Assembly: GCA_963675665.1 (NCBI GenBank)
Contig: OY776510.1
Location: 5,056,001 to 5,120,000, forward strand
Direction of reading: 5' to 3'
DNA length: 64,000 nt
DNA from: Spirochaetia bacterium
GTDB taxonomy: Bacteria > Spirochaetota > Spirochaetia > UBA9216
Numbering within the stretch: the first letter of the stretch is position 1; every line of letters starts with the position of its first letter. This document shows positions 46,870 through 56,485 of this stretch, piece by piece. Position numbers and translations under genes: made by a program. A model generated the notes under the pieces. That model made no database searches, was not told the DNA's origin, and saw only the letters and a list, made by a program, of their open reading frames with translations.

Positions 46870-48488
46870 TTTCCTGCCTCTGCCCGTCTTCCCGGCGATT
46901 GCGATTTGCGTATAACGGCATTCAGTTTTTCCTTTACCAATCCTGAGTCCAGAGCCTGCCCGGCTATTTTGCAGCCGGCTTCAATAGTCCCGGTTTTCCC
47001 TGCTACCATGAGTGCGGCACCGGCATTAAGAATGCATGCGGCCCTGACGGCCTCAGGACCTTTACCTTCAATCAGGCGCAGCGCGGTTGCGGCATTTTCA
47101 GCTGCATTCCCGCCGGAAAGGTCTTCGGTACTGTAACCTTCAAACCCGGCTTCAGACGGATCAAAAGTAAAGTCTGTTTCATTATCATTTTCATCAATCA
47201 TGTATACACGCGCAGGAGCTGCGGGCGACAATTCATCAAGCCCGTCGTCGCTGTGAACTACCATTACCCTTTTTACCCCGGTCATTTTCGCCGCCTTTGC
47301 CATGACAGCACAAAGATCTTTTGAGTAGACCCCGATCACCTGGTACTCCGCCTCAGCAGGATTTACAAGCGGTCCCAAAAGGTTCATTATTGTTTTAACT
47401 CCGAGCTCGGCCCTTACCGGTCCCGCGTGTTTCATGGCACCGTGAAATATTGGTGCAAACATAAACGTAAACCCCTCAGCCTCAAGAAGCTGTTCCGATT
47501 CGGAAGGGGTAAGATTATAGTTAATACCAAGTTCCGAATAAAAATCGGCGCTCCCGCTTTTCGAACTTACCGCCCTGTTGCCGTGCTTTGCAACCTTCAC
47601 CCCGCAGGCGGAAGCTATCAATGCGGCCAGCGATGATATATTGAAGGTATGCTTTCCGTCTCCGCCGGTTCCGCAGGTGTCCAGTACCGGACTGCCCGTC
47701 TTTACCTGCAGTTTTTTTCGTTTGAGAACCGAGGCGCAACCGGCTATCTCTTCGGAAGTGATTCCCTTGCAGTTAAGCGCCGTCAGTATTGCAGATATAA
47801 ATACGGGGCTGAGCGCACCTTCCGTAAGCTCATCCATAAAATCAGCAGCTTCTTCAAAACTCAACGAACCTTTTTCCTGAAGCCGTGAAAGCATTCCTTT
47901 TCTGTCCAGCGGCTCCCGCTTATAACGGATAAAATTCTTCAAAATTGTCCTGCCGGCTTCTATACAGCCGATTGATTCCGGGTGAAACTGCACTCCCTCT
48001 ACAATCATTTCCTTATGACGCAGACCCATAATCTCGCCGTCATCGCTTTCAGCCGTTATCTCAAGGCATTCGGGAAGGCTTGCACGCTCAGCCGCCAGCG
48101 AATGATATCGCGTAAACCCGGCTTCAGACGGCAGATTACGGAACAGTCCCTTTCCGTCCAGGCTGATCTTTTCCACCTTGCCGTGAACAATATTCGCAGC
48201 CTGTACTATTCTTCCGCCGAAACATTCGGCAATTGCCTGATGTCCCAGACATATCCCTAAAATCGGGACCGAACCGCTGAAAAACCTGATAACCTCTATG
48301 GAAATACCAGCCTCGGAAGGAGCTCCCGGTCCCGGTGAAATAATAATCCTCGACGGATCTGTTTTTTTCAGTTCATCAACGGTAATTTTATCATTACGGT
48401 AGACTTTTATTTCCTCATCCGTGATGCAGGAAATCTCCTGAACTATGTTATATGTAAATGAATCATAATTATCTATAACTGCAATCAT
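46866..48488 (-). CDS. trpGD: Bifunctional anthranilate synthase component II / anthranilate phosphoribosyltransferase
   Basis: IDNYDSFTYN, SPGPG, GICLGHQ, QFHPES, then DTCGTGGD, KHGNR, DGLDE. Confidence 0.95.
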   Translation of the reverse strand: MIAVIDNYDSFTYNIVQEISCITDEEIKVYRNDKITVDELKKTDPSRIIISPGPGAPSEAGISIEVIRFFSGSVPILGICLGHQAIAECFGGRIVQAANIVHGKVEKISLDGKGLFRNLPSEAGFTRYHSLAAERASLPECLEITAESDDGEIMGLRHKEMIVEGVQFHPESIGCIEAGRTILKNFIRYKREPLDRKGMLSRLQEKGSLSFEEAADFMDELTEGALSPVFISAILTALNCKGITSEEIAGCASVLKRKKLQVKTGSPVLDTCGTGGDGKHTFNISSLAALIASACGVKVAKHGNRAVSSKSGSADFYSELGINYNLTPSESEQLLEAEGFTFMFAPIFHGAMKHAGPVRAELGVKTIMNLLGPLVNPAEAEYQVIGVYSKDLCAVMAKAAKMTGVKRVMVVHSDDGLDELSPAAPARVYMIDENDNETDFTFDPSEAGFEGYSTEDLSGGNAAENAATALRLIEGKGPEAVRAACILNAGAALMVAGKTGTIEAGCKIAGQALDSGLVKEKLNAVIRKSQSPGRRAEAGK

Positions 48489-48501
48489 GTCCGCCCTCGT
48501 G

Positions 48502-49902
48502 TCAGATTTCTATTCCGGCGGCCAGCGCCGCCGCCCTGAGTTTTTCATTGGTTTCTTCAAGTTCGCGCTCAGGCGTCGAATCGTAAACAACACCGCCGCC
48601 GGCCTGCAGGTACAACCTGTCCTGCTTTTTTAACCCGCTGCGTATTGTAATGCATGTATCAAGATCTCCGGATGCATCCATATATCCTACCAGTCCGGCG
48701 TAAAATCCCCGGTTACAGTCCTCTATCTTTGATATCGTCTCGATAGCCTGGATTTTTGGCGCCCCGCTTACGGTGCCGGCCGGGAAACTTGCTCTTACCG
48801 CGTCGGTGCTGTCGCAGTCGTCACGAAGCTCGCCTTCAACCTGCGAAACAATATGCATGACCTTCGAGTATTTTTCGATCATCATGTATTCCGTCACCTT
48901 TACAGTTCCGGTTTTACATACCCGGCCGAGATCGTTCCGGGCCAGATCAATCAGCATAAGATGTTCAGCCCGTTCTTTCGGATCTGCCAGAAGCTCCTCT
49001 GAAAGAGCAAGATCTTCAGCTTCATTTCTCCCACGTCTCCGCGTACCGGCTATGGGCCTGAGTATAACTTTTCCGTTTTTAACCTTCACCTGGACCTCAG
49101 GCGAAGCCCCGTACAGCTGGTAATTTCCAAAATCTATATAAAACAGGTATGGCGACGGATTCGCGGTACGCAGATTACGATATGCATCAAGCGCACTGAT
49201 ATCGGTTTTTATCTCCAGTCTTCTTGACGGCACTCCCTGCAGAAGGTTGCCTTTTATAACCTCTTCACGGATTACAGCAACATTCTTTCTGTAGGTTTCC
49301 GCAGCTTCCTCATTATTCAGCAATTGAGCAGGGGCGATCTCGGGGCGATCAGCCATGTAGTTGAAATTCAGATCAAAGATTTTTTTCTCAATTCTTGCCA
49401 GTTCGTATTCAAGATCAATTTCATAACCCGGATAGTTGAGAACAAGAATGTATATTTCATCAGTGTAGTGATCAAAAATCAGGAACGAGTTCCCGAAAAT
49501 AAACGCCGCATCCGGCAGACCAAGCTCATCATGCCTTTCTTCAAAGACAATATCATCGCAAAAACGGGCGAATTCAAATGATAAAAAACCGAACCCTCCG
49601 GCGGGGAACGGAAAATCGTGTTCGGCATTACTGTGAAACATTGCAAAACGTTTTACAGCATCAAGAATATCGCGACCGCAATTAACAATCTTTTTTCGGC
49701 GCCCGTCTGTTGTTATCAGAAAAGACATTTCTCCGTTTTGAATAATCCGGAATGCTTCGTTAAGCAGAAGCAGCGAATACCTTTCGCGTCCCTTGCTCAG
49801 CGATGACGATTCCAGTATTGCTGCAGCATTCAGCTTGCATGCCAGCGCAAAGGGGGTAAATTTTTCCCCGGGAATTTTTTTTACAAGATGATTTCGACTC
49901 AT
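48502..49902 (-). CDS. trpE: Anthranilate synthase component I
   Basis: NPSPY, GASPE, PIAGTR, KERAEHLMLIDLARND, PAGTVSGAPK; ATG 49902 after GGGGAG. Confidence 0.95.
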   Translation of the reverse strand: MSRNHLVKKIPGEKFTPFALACKLNAAAILESSSLSKGRERYSLLLLNEAFRIIQNGEMSFLITTDGRRKKIVNCGRDILDAVKRFAMFHSNAEHDFPFPAGGFGFLSFEFARFCDDIVFEERHDELGLPDAAFIFGNSFLIFDHYTDEIYILVLNYPGYEIDLEYELARIEKKIFDLNFNYMADRPEIAPAQLLNNEEAAETYRKNVAVIREEVIKGNLLQGVPSRRLEIKTDISALDAYRNLRTANPSPYLFYIDFGNYQLYGASPEVQVKVKNGKVILRPIAGTRRRGRNEAEDLALSEELLADPKERAEHLMLIDLARNDLGRVCKTGTVKVTEYMMIEKYSKVMHIVSQVEGELRDDCDSTDAVRASFPAGTVSGAPKIQAIETISKIEDCNRGFYAGLVGYMDASGDLDTCITIRSGLKKQDRLYLQAGGGVVYDSTPERELEETNEKLRAAALAAGIEI

Positions 49903-49939
49903 CCGATTCTCCCCGGACGGCATCCCGTCCGTTTCTGCA

Positions 49940-49980
49940 TATAGTAACGTTACTATAAAAAGAAACGTGAAAACTGTCAA
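49940..49980 (-). promoter_or_regulatory. trp promoter TTGACA-N17-TATAGT overlapped by a perfect 18-bp palindrome
   Basis: TATAGTAAC|GTTACTATA at 49940-49957; -35 at 49980-49975. Confidence 0.75.
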
Positions 49981-50191
49981 GAGGAACGGTGGTGTTTCTT
50001 CACAAAGAAACGTATATTAATAAAAAACGAAATCTTTATATGCTGTTTCGCCGTAAAAGCACATAGGTCCGATTAAACACTTCTGCTTCGGCACTGTCGT
50101 ACACTACTACCGTATATGAATCGGCTGTCGCAATCGCCCCGGAGCTATCTGCTGTCCGGGAATCGCCGGCGGCTGCATTCTGAAGCCAGGG

Positions 50192-50256
50192 AGAAAAGCG
50201 GGGGATTGCAAGCCTCAGGCCGGACTCAGGTCTTCATGCTTTTCATCCCCGCTTAA
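50192..50256 (-). terminator. Possible terminator after the large lipoprotein
   Basis: Minus strand AAGCGGGGAT...ATCCCCCGCTTTT. Confidence 0.45.
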
Positions 50257-50285
50257 TAAACTGTAATTTCCAGGGTTCCGTTGCC

Positions 50286-52859
50286 TTAAGGGGCCTCCGT
50301 ATCGGCGGTTAGCGGGTAGCTTTCGCTCTGCAGGTTAATCTCCGACAGGGCCGTTTGAAAATCGGCATTGCTCTGATAGATGCTGAAATCACTCGTGGTA
50401 GAAGCACCAGTAACCGGCTCGGTCCAGACAAATTTTGCATAGCTGTTTTCCTGACTCGGATCAGGATGATCATACAGGTACAAAACCGCTGTATTTAAGT
50501 CGCCGTCGATATAGGCCATTGAGGCGTGTCCTTCATATTCAGGAGTACTGAGGTTTGGTCGTCCCCAATGGAGTAGGGCCTGCGAGCCGTCGCTGTAAAA
50601 TTCATATTCCTGGGTTCCATAGCCGTCATCAGGAAGATACCAGGTGCCGCCAAGTTCGATCAGGCTGGAATAATCCGGATGTATTGAAAAATTATAGACG
50701 CCGGTGCTGCTGTTTATCGAGACGGTAGACGCGCCGTAATATCCGGAATAATCTCCGGACAGGGGCTGCCCGAAGGTACCCGATGTATTCACGGCGCCGT
50801 AGAGGTAGTAGCTTCCTGACGGAACATTAGTAATCAGAAAACACATTGAGTTGCTGGTACTGCAATAGCCGCCGCCTGTTGCGACCTGGCCGTTGCCTCC
50901 GTCCTGATCAGTATCCAGGGCCGCCCAGTATGCAGCACCGCTCCAGTCAACACCTTCTGGCAGCGACATGGTCCCCCTGACAATATAACCGCTGGAGTTC
51001 TTCTCTCCACTCAGGACGAATGTTTCATCAATCGAGGAATCCGAGCCGTAGTCATAAGTCCCCAACCCTTCAACCGTTCCGTCTGAATCAACAACCCCGC
51101 AAATATCCGCCGTCACTACCTGCGGAGCAGTAAAATCATGATTAAGAGAAAAGTCTCCGGTAGAGGAGTTTAATGTACCGGTTGCAGTGTATTCTCCTGT
51201 AACAGTAAGAAAGGTCACTGTTGCGGTACTGCCGTTTACTTCCAGGGTCCATACTCCGGCATTTGAGTCTTCCGGATTGCCTGTGGTGGATGACAATATC
51301 TCAGTACTCCCCCCGTAAAGGCCGTTGTAATCAAGCGAAGCAACAACTTCAACCGTTCTTGTTACCCAAACCGCGCTGTTTCCGTCGGTATCGGTTTCCG
51401 AATACGTAAATACATATGTGTCAGGCGTATCAATGTCGAATTCATCATCATCTGAAGCCGTGATTGTATAGTCGTCATTTATTCCCCAGTCACGGACGGT
51501 TGCCTCCGGATCGGTGAAATCTCCGCCGACCTCCACGCTCATTGAAGCATCGCCGTTCAGATAAATGACGGGGGGCACAAGATCAGCCGAAATATAGGCA
51601 GTTGCAGTACGCTCATCAGCCGCGGCGGTACGGGCGGCATTAACTGTAAAATAACCTGCAGTCCAGCTCTGCTCAAAAACCCCGTCGACGGGCTCAGTCC
51701 ATTCAACTTTGAAGTACTCTTCACCGCTCAGAGCTATCCCGTAATTGGCATCATTGTCATATTCAACCATTGTTCCGCTGTCTACTGTAGAACCGGAATT
51801 GGTAACCACTGAATATGAATCATCACCCGGATTTGACTGGTAAAGATAACCGGTGCTGTTATCCCAGAAATAATATGCTTCTGGAATTTCAATCGGGGGC
51901 GGATCAATTACCGTTACCGTTCTTGTTATCGACTCGGCCGCATTCCCGTCCAGATCAGTTGCGTTATAAGTCAGCGTATAATCGTCAGGCGTTGAAGTAT
52001 CAACTTCATCTTCACTGTAAACCGTCCAGGTCCCGTCGACATTATCCGTGGCTGTTGCGCCCGGGTCGGTAAAGTCGCTTCCGTATGACACCGTCATCGG
52101 ATCATCGCCGAGCAGGCTTAAAACCGGGGCCACGGCATCGGCTGCAGCGCGTCTTTCAACATCAATTGTGTATGTTTTTAAAGTTTCGCCGTCTTCCGCA
52201 GTTACTTTCACTGAAACAATATTGCTGCCGGTTACAAGCGCTACCGGACCTGATTCTGCGCCTGAAACAGCAGCAGCGCCGTTTACAGTCATTGAAGCCG
52301 CCGAATCGCTGAGCACAGCTGTTACGGTTATTGATTCCGTATCATCCGGAACGCTTGATTCGTACGAGATAACCGATGAGGCAAATTGAGGATCAAGATA
52401 GCCGACGCTTAATTCAAGAGCGGTTAAATCCGCATTATCCGAATATACCGGTTCCGGTCTTGTTATTTTCAATGTATACGAAACAGCATCGCCATCATCC
52501 GGAGTGACAACAACCGCAACTGTTGTTGTTCCGTAGGATAAATCAATGCTAATACTGCTGCCGCTTGTCAGCGCCTGCCCGCCTACCGAAAGGCTTGCTC
52601 CGCTTAATTCGGCCGCGAGTTCGATGAAAATGGAAGAAAGGGCTGAATTCACGGTTACTTCAACAGTCGCGGTTTCGGCTGAAAACGAGACCTGTTTCAC
52701 ATAGGGTTCTCCGCCGGCATTTCCGCTTAAAGAAAGCGATACGGAGACTGATCCCGCAACCGGAGGGAGCGTTTCAGGACAGCCTGAAAAGAACATAACA
52801 CTCATCGTAACCATCAATAATAGAACAATGTACTTGATTGACTTTCTTATTCCAAACAT
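50286..52859 (-). CDS. Large acidic surface lipoprotein with cadherin-like beta-sandwich and DUF5011-like Ig domains
   Basis: Lipobox FSGC; NADLTALEL..VTAEDG..TYTI; two PV..L.GD...GxDFTDP.AT repeats; rich in Ser/Thr/Asp. Confidence 0.8.
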   Translation of the reverse strand: MFGIRKSIKYIVLLLMVTMSVMFFSGCPETLPPVAGSVSVSLSLSGNAGGEPYVKQVSFSAETATVEVTVNSALSSIFIELAAELSGASLSVGGQALTSGSSISIDLSYGTTTVAVVVTPDDGDAVSYTLKITRPEPVYSDNADLTALELSVGYLDPQFASSVISYESSVPDDTESITVTAVLSDSAASMTVNGAAAVSGAESGPVALVTGSNIVSVKVTAEDGETLKTYTIDVERRAAADAVAPVLSLLGDDPMTVSYGSDFTDPGATATDNVDGTWTVYSEDEVDTSTPDDYTLTYNATDLDGNAAESITRTVTVIDPPPIEIPEAYYFWDNSTGYLYQSNPGDDSYSVVTNSGSTVDSGTMVEYDNDANYGIALSGEEYFKVEWTEPVDGVFEQSWTAGYFTVNAARTAAADERTATAYISADLVPPVIYLNGDASMSVEVGGDFTDPEATVRDWGINDDYTITASDDDEFDIDTPDTYVFTYSETDTDGNSAVWVTRTVEVVASLDYNGLYGGSTEILSSTTGNPEDSNAGVWTLEVNGSTATVTFLTVTGEYTATGTLNSSTGDFSLNHDFTAPQVVTADICGVVDSDGTVEGLGTYDYGSDSSIDETFVLSGEKNSSGYIVRGTMSLPEGVDWSGAAYWAALDTDQDGGNGQVATGGGYCSTSNSMCFLITNVPSGSYYLYGAVNTSGTFGQPLSGDYSGYYGASTVSINSSTGVYNFSIHPDYSSLIELGGTWYLPDDGYGTQEYEFYSDGSQALLHWGRPNLSTPEYEGHASMAYIDGDLNTAVLYLYDHPDPSQENSYAKFVWTEPVTGASTTSDFSIYQSNADFQTALSEINLQSESYPLTADTEAP

Positions 52860-52959
52860 ACTCTTTTCCTTGATATATTTTTCAAATGGGACTTATTTCT
52901 GTTTGAAGTATATCATTTACAGGATGATTAACCCGGATTATTGGAGCACGTGCGCCAAA

Positions 52960-53904
52960 TCATGAACGGTAGCGAACATCGTCAAACAGCCGGAGCCGCC
53001 ATCCGCGCGTCTTTATATCTCTGGGGTTTTCGGAAACAGGCACAATTGTGCCAATCTGGATCAGTTCAAGATACTTTTTTATATCATTTACCCGGTTTTT
53101 ATAGTTGCGGTAATTAGCGCATGAGGTAGCCTTCCAGTTCCCGGCAGTACACTCCCTGCAGTGCGGATCTTCCGTCCCGTCCGCTTTCAGCCGGCTGAAA
53201 AGCTCACTGCAGTTCTGAGAATTGTTTTCCGCTGAAAGAAACGCATGTATAAAATCACATTCCTGGGGACTGAGCATTGACGATATGTTCCTGTCGTCGA
53301 AATAAAGACTGTCGTCGAAATAAAGACTGTCGCCTGAATAGTGAAGCCTGTGGTTGGCCCTCTCCCAGAGGTTCGCTGCCGCAAAAATCATAAGCAGACC
53401 GATTACCCCGTTGACCAGGTTATAGGCTGTAGACTCAATCCACCGGGGCTCGGCTCTTGTTACTATCGCATACGACATCATCATAAGCCAGGAAACCCAC
53501 AGGATAACTATTACAATTGTGCCGATAGTAAGAGTCCTGTATACCGGAGTTCTTTTTTTAACCAGCCTGAGAGAATCTATTTTTATAATTAAGAGAATGT
53601 AATAAAGCAATACTGCCTGTGTTCCATATGTATGAAAATCACGATGGTATAATCTTCCTCCTGCACTTGCTGTTATTATAAGTACTGCAAGACTGAAAAA
53701 GAACACGGGAATGAAGACTCTTGCTTTTTTAAAACGTGAAGTAAAAAAAGGAAGAAAAAAAGCAGCAATTGCCGATATCAGCATGTAGAGGAATTCCGGA
53801 ACACCCGCGGCAGCAACACTTATAGTGCCTGACGGATTTAAAAACACCATGAGTTCAATCACAATCCATGCCACTGCCGAGATAATCGGTACAGAAATCG
53901 CCAT
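52960..53904 (-). CDS. Membrane protein with a C-terminal Cys-rich, winged-helix-like domain (putative regulator)
   Basis: About 6 TM, then LSPQE, C..HCREC..SC.NY, VNDIKKYLE, GWRL. Confidence 0.6.
   Translation of the reverse strand: MAISVPIISAVAWIVIELMVFLNPSGTISVAAAGVPEFLYMLISAIAAFFLPFFTSRFKKARVFIPVFFFSLAVLIITASAGGRLYHRDFHTYGTQAVLLYYILLIIKIDSLRLVKKRTPVYRTLTIGTIVIVILWVSWLMMMSYAIVTRAEPRWIESTAYNLVNGVIGLLMIFAAANLWERANHRLHYSGDSLYFDDSLYFDDRNISSMLSPQECDFIHAFLSAENNSQNCSELFSRLKADGTEDPHCRECTAGNWKATSCANYRNYKNRVNDIKKYLELIQIGTIVPVSENPRDIKTRGWRLRLFDDVRYRS
53291..53332. repeat. In-frame 18-bp tandem duplication
   Basis: ctgtcgtcgaaataaaga x2 plus ctgtcg, encoding DSLYFD-DSLYFD. Confidence 0.85.
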
Positions 53905-54007
53905 ATTGTTCTACATAATAAGGCATAATCCGGAACATGACCAATATTTTTTTGATTCCGATTTATTAATCATCCGTAAGAATGTAGAATATACAAAAGG
54001 AGAAGCT

Positions 54008-54880
54008 ATGCAGGAATTGTCAGCCGAGACGCTAAACGAAGTAATTGCAGATCAGAAAAACGAACTTGACGCATCAATAATTTACGGCAAGATCGCGAAA
54101 AAAATGAAAGATGATAACAACCGGAAAATTCTTTCAAAAATTGCCGAGGATGAAAAAAAGCATTACCTGATTCTAAAAAACTATTCGGGAAGAGATGTTA
54201 AGCCGCGCCGCTTCAAAATACTGATGTTCCTGTTCTTCGCAAGGGTGTTCGGTATAACATTCGCATTCAAACTTCTTGAAAACGCCGAAGGAGAGGCCCA
54301 TACCGGCTACCGGAAAATTTCATCGGCACTCCCTGAACTGAAAAAAATTATTGATGATGAGGAACGGCATGAGCGGGAACTTATCGATATGCTTAATGAA
54401 AAAAAACTCGATTACATAGGCTCAATTGTCCTGGGCCTAAACGACGCGCTTGTCGAATTGACCGGAGCGCTTGCGGGGTACACCTTTGCCATTCAGGACA
54501 GCAGAAACATTGCATTGCTGGGTCTTATCACAGGGATATCAGCTTCTCTTTCAATGGGAGCAAGCGAATATCTGTCCAAAAAACAGGAAAAAGAAGACAA
54601 GGCGTTCAGTTCAAGCCTGTATACCGGCATAGCATACATTATAACTGTTATGCTCCTGGTTCTCCCGTTTCTGCTGTTGTCGAATCCCTTTATAAACCTC
54701 GGAATAACAGTCGGAATAGCTGTCCTGATCATCTTCTTCTTCAATTACTACATTTCGGTTGCAAAAGACCTTTCATTCAGACACAGATTCCTGGAGATGG
54801 CCGCAATCAGCGTGGGTGTTGCAATTATCTCATTCCTTATAGGATGGGCCGTAAGAACGTTTTTGGGATTTGAGCTTTAG
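54008..54880 (+). CDS. Rubrerythrin-like / VIT1-CCC1 fusion (MbfA-like iron exporter)
   Basis: DEKKH and DEERHE ExxH di-iron motifs; VLGLNDALVELTGALAG, SMGASEYLS; ATG 54008 after AGGAG. Confidence 0.85.
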   Translation: MQELSAETLNEVIADQKNELDASIIYGKIAKKMKDDNNRKILSKIAEDEKKHYLILKNYSGRDVKPRRFKILMFLFFARVFGITFAFKLLENAEGEAHTGYRKISSALPELKKIIDDEERHERELIDMLNEKKLDYIGSIVLGLNDALVELTGALAGYTFAIQDSRNIALLGLITGISASLSMGASEYLSKKQEKEDKAFSSSLYTGIAYIITVMLLVLPFLLLSNPFINLGITVGIAVLIIFFFNYYISVAKDLSFRHRFLEMAAISVGVAIISFLIGWAVRTFLGFEL

Positions 54881-54982
54881 CTGGATTAGGATATAACGGC
54901 CGTCTGTTGTTATCAGCAAAAGCGGTGAGTTACCTTCGCGGCTCCTGCTCAGCGATGATGATTTCGACAAAAAGTAACGCTG

Positions 54983-56485
54983 TTAAATTGAAGTTTCTTC
55001 TTTATTCTTTCTTTTTTCCCTGTACATTTCAAAATCTGCGGTCTGTATCATCTTCTCAATATCTTTATCAGCGCTGCAGGATACACAGAACCCTGCCGAC
55101 AGACTGAGGTTGTGAGTGGTTTTAATATTAATTTTTGCAATATTCTCCCGGAGTCGTTTTACCAGTTTTGCTGCAAGTTCATGTTCGCATTCAGTTATCA
55201 GAACAACAAACTCATCGCCGCCTATCCGAAAAATGTAGTCGGTTTCCCTGAAAGTATTTTTCAGAGTCTCTGCAGCCTGCTGTATGAGCACATCACCTTC
55301 AGCATGGCCCAGGGTATCATTCACAGTCTTCAACCCGTCGATATCTACAGAAAAAACGCCGCCCGGACGAAAATCCGTTTCACCCATGATAATCTTGTTA
55401 AAATATGCCCTGTTATAAACACCGGTAAGCGCGTCATGATAACTGGTATATTCATATTGATTTCTGGAAATAACCAATTCTTCATAACGCTGAGCATTTG
55501 AAATAGCCAGCGATGCAATTTTTATGATTGAATTAAAAAGATCAGTGTATTTATCAACATGTTTCGGGAAAAGAAAATCTCCAACCTCAATAATTCCGAA
55601 TTTCTCGTCTCCGGATTTGAGCAATGCATAAAAGGTTTTATTTTCAGAGTCCATTATATACACTTGCTCTTCTTTAAATTCCAGAGTTTTTATTTTCCGG
55701 GGCGCATCAGCCCAATCTTCGCTGTAATTCCAGAAACAGCTTTTTGAGGCACCGAAGAGGATCGTCCAGATATGATCAAGCATTGATATAACATCCCGTT
55801 TGTATTCAGCGCCGGCTATTCTGGACATGATATGCAAAACAGCTGAGTTTCTTGCATTCATATCCATCAACGCACGCATGTCATCCTGCTTTTCAGTCTT
55901 CAGATTTCGGACCCTCCAATCGGTGACAATGCTTTTAAGAAGTGTTCTTATCGGCTCAAGACTAACCGGAATTGATCTGACCGGAAGGTCCAGATAAGCC
56001 GAAAGAGCTTTCAGCTTCTTGTCGGCCTCATCATAGATCCCGGTGTCGAGAAAAACAATTTTACTGCAGCAGCTTTTGTAAAATTCCCGGGCTGTCCCGA
56101 TAGTAAATCCCTGCCTCTTTATATGTTCTTCCCAGTTGACAAGCCAGCCTGTTGTTACGACATAATATCCTTCCGCGGAAAAAAAACGGGCAAACTGGTC
56201 GCTGATCATGTGGGAATAGCAAAAAGCCGATTCGTAAACCGATAAAAACTTTTTATCATACTCATCTTTTCTGGGGGCCCTGCAGAGGTGACTGCATACA
56301 AGTACGGCAGCTTCATCGGGATTCGGTTTTTCCGCAATGCCGTTCTGAGAATTAAAAACAGGAATACCGCCGTCGCAAAAACTGTGAAAAGGAACAATAT
56401 CCAGGTTTTCAGGCCCCTCATTTTCTACGAGATACCGGAATTCGGGGAGATAGTTCTCACATACATATACTGATAATCGGTTCAT
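54983..56485 (-). CDS. Diguanylate cyclase with a Cys-rich DUF1638-like N-terminus
   Basis: HDALTGVYNR, DIDGLK.VND.LGH.EGD, RETD-x5-GGDEF; N-terminal VCENY..YYVVTTGWL..IVFLDTG. Confidence 0.85.
   Translation of the reverse strand: MNRLSVYVCENYLPEFRYLVENEGPENLDIVPFHSFCDGGIPVFNSQNGIAEKPNPDEAAVLVCSHLCRAPRKDEYDKKFLSVYESAFCYSHMISDQFARFFSAEGYYVVTTGWLVNWEEHIKRQGFTIGTAREFYKSCCSKIVFLDTGIYDEADKKLKALSAYLDLPVRSIPVSLEPIRTLLKSIVTDWRVRNLKTEKQDDMRALMDMNARNSAVLHIMSRIAGAEYKRDVISMLDHIWTILFGASKSCFWNYSEDWADAPRKIKTLEFKEEQVYIMDSENKTFYALLKSGDEKFGIIEVGDFLFPKHVDKYTDLFNSIIKIASLAISNAQRYEELVISRNQYEYTSYHDALTGVYNRAYFNKIIMGETDFRPGGVFSVDIDGLKTVNDTLGHAEGDVLIQQAAETLKNTFRETDYIFRIGGDEFVVLITECEHELAAKLVKRLRENIAKINIKTTHNLSLSAGFCVSCSADKDIEKMIQTADFEMYREKRKNKEETSI

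Noticed and set aside
45451-48488. trpGD and trpCF fusions
   Set aside because: Well-known fusions, not novel
49903-49980. N-terminal extension of trpE in the ORF track
   Set aside because: The TTG start is the -35 box of the promoter; ATG 49902 has a proper RBS
53825-54007. N-terminal extension of the rubrerythrin-VIT1 ORF
   Set aside because: Overlaps the divergent gene; ATG 54008 has an AGGAG RBS
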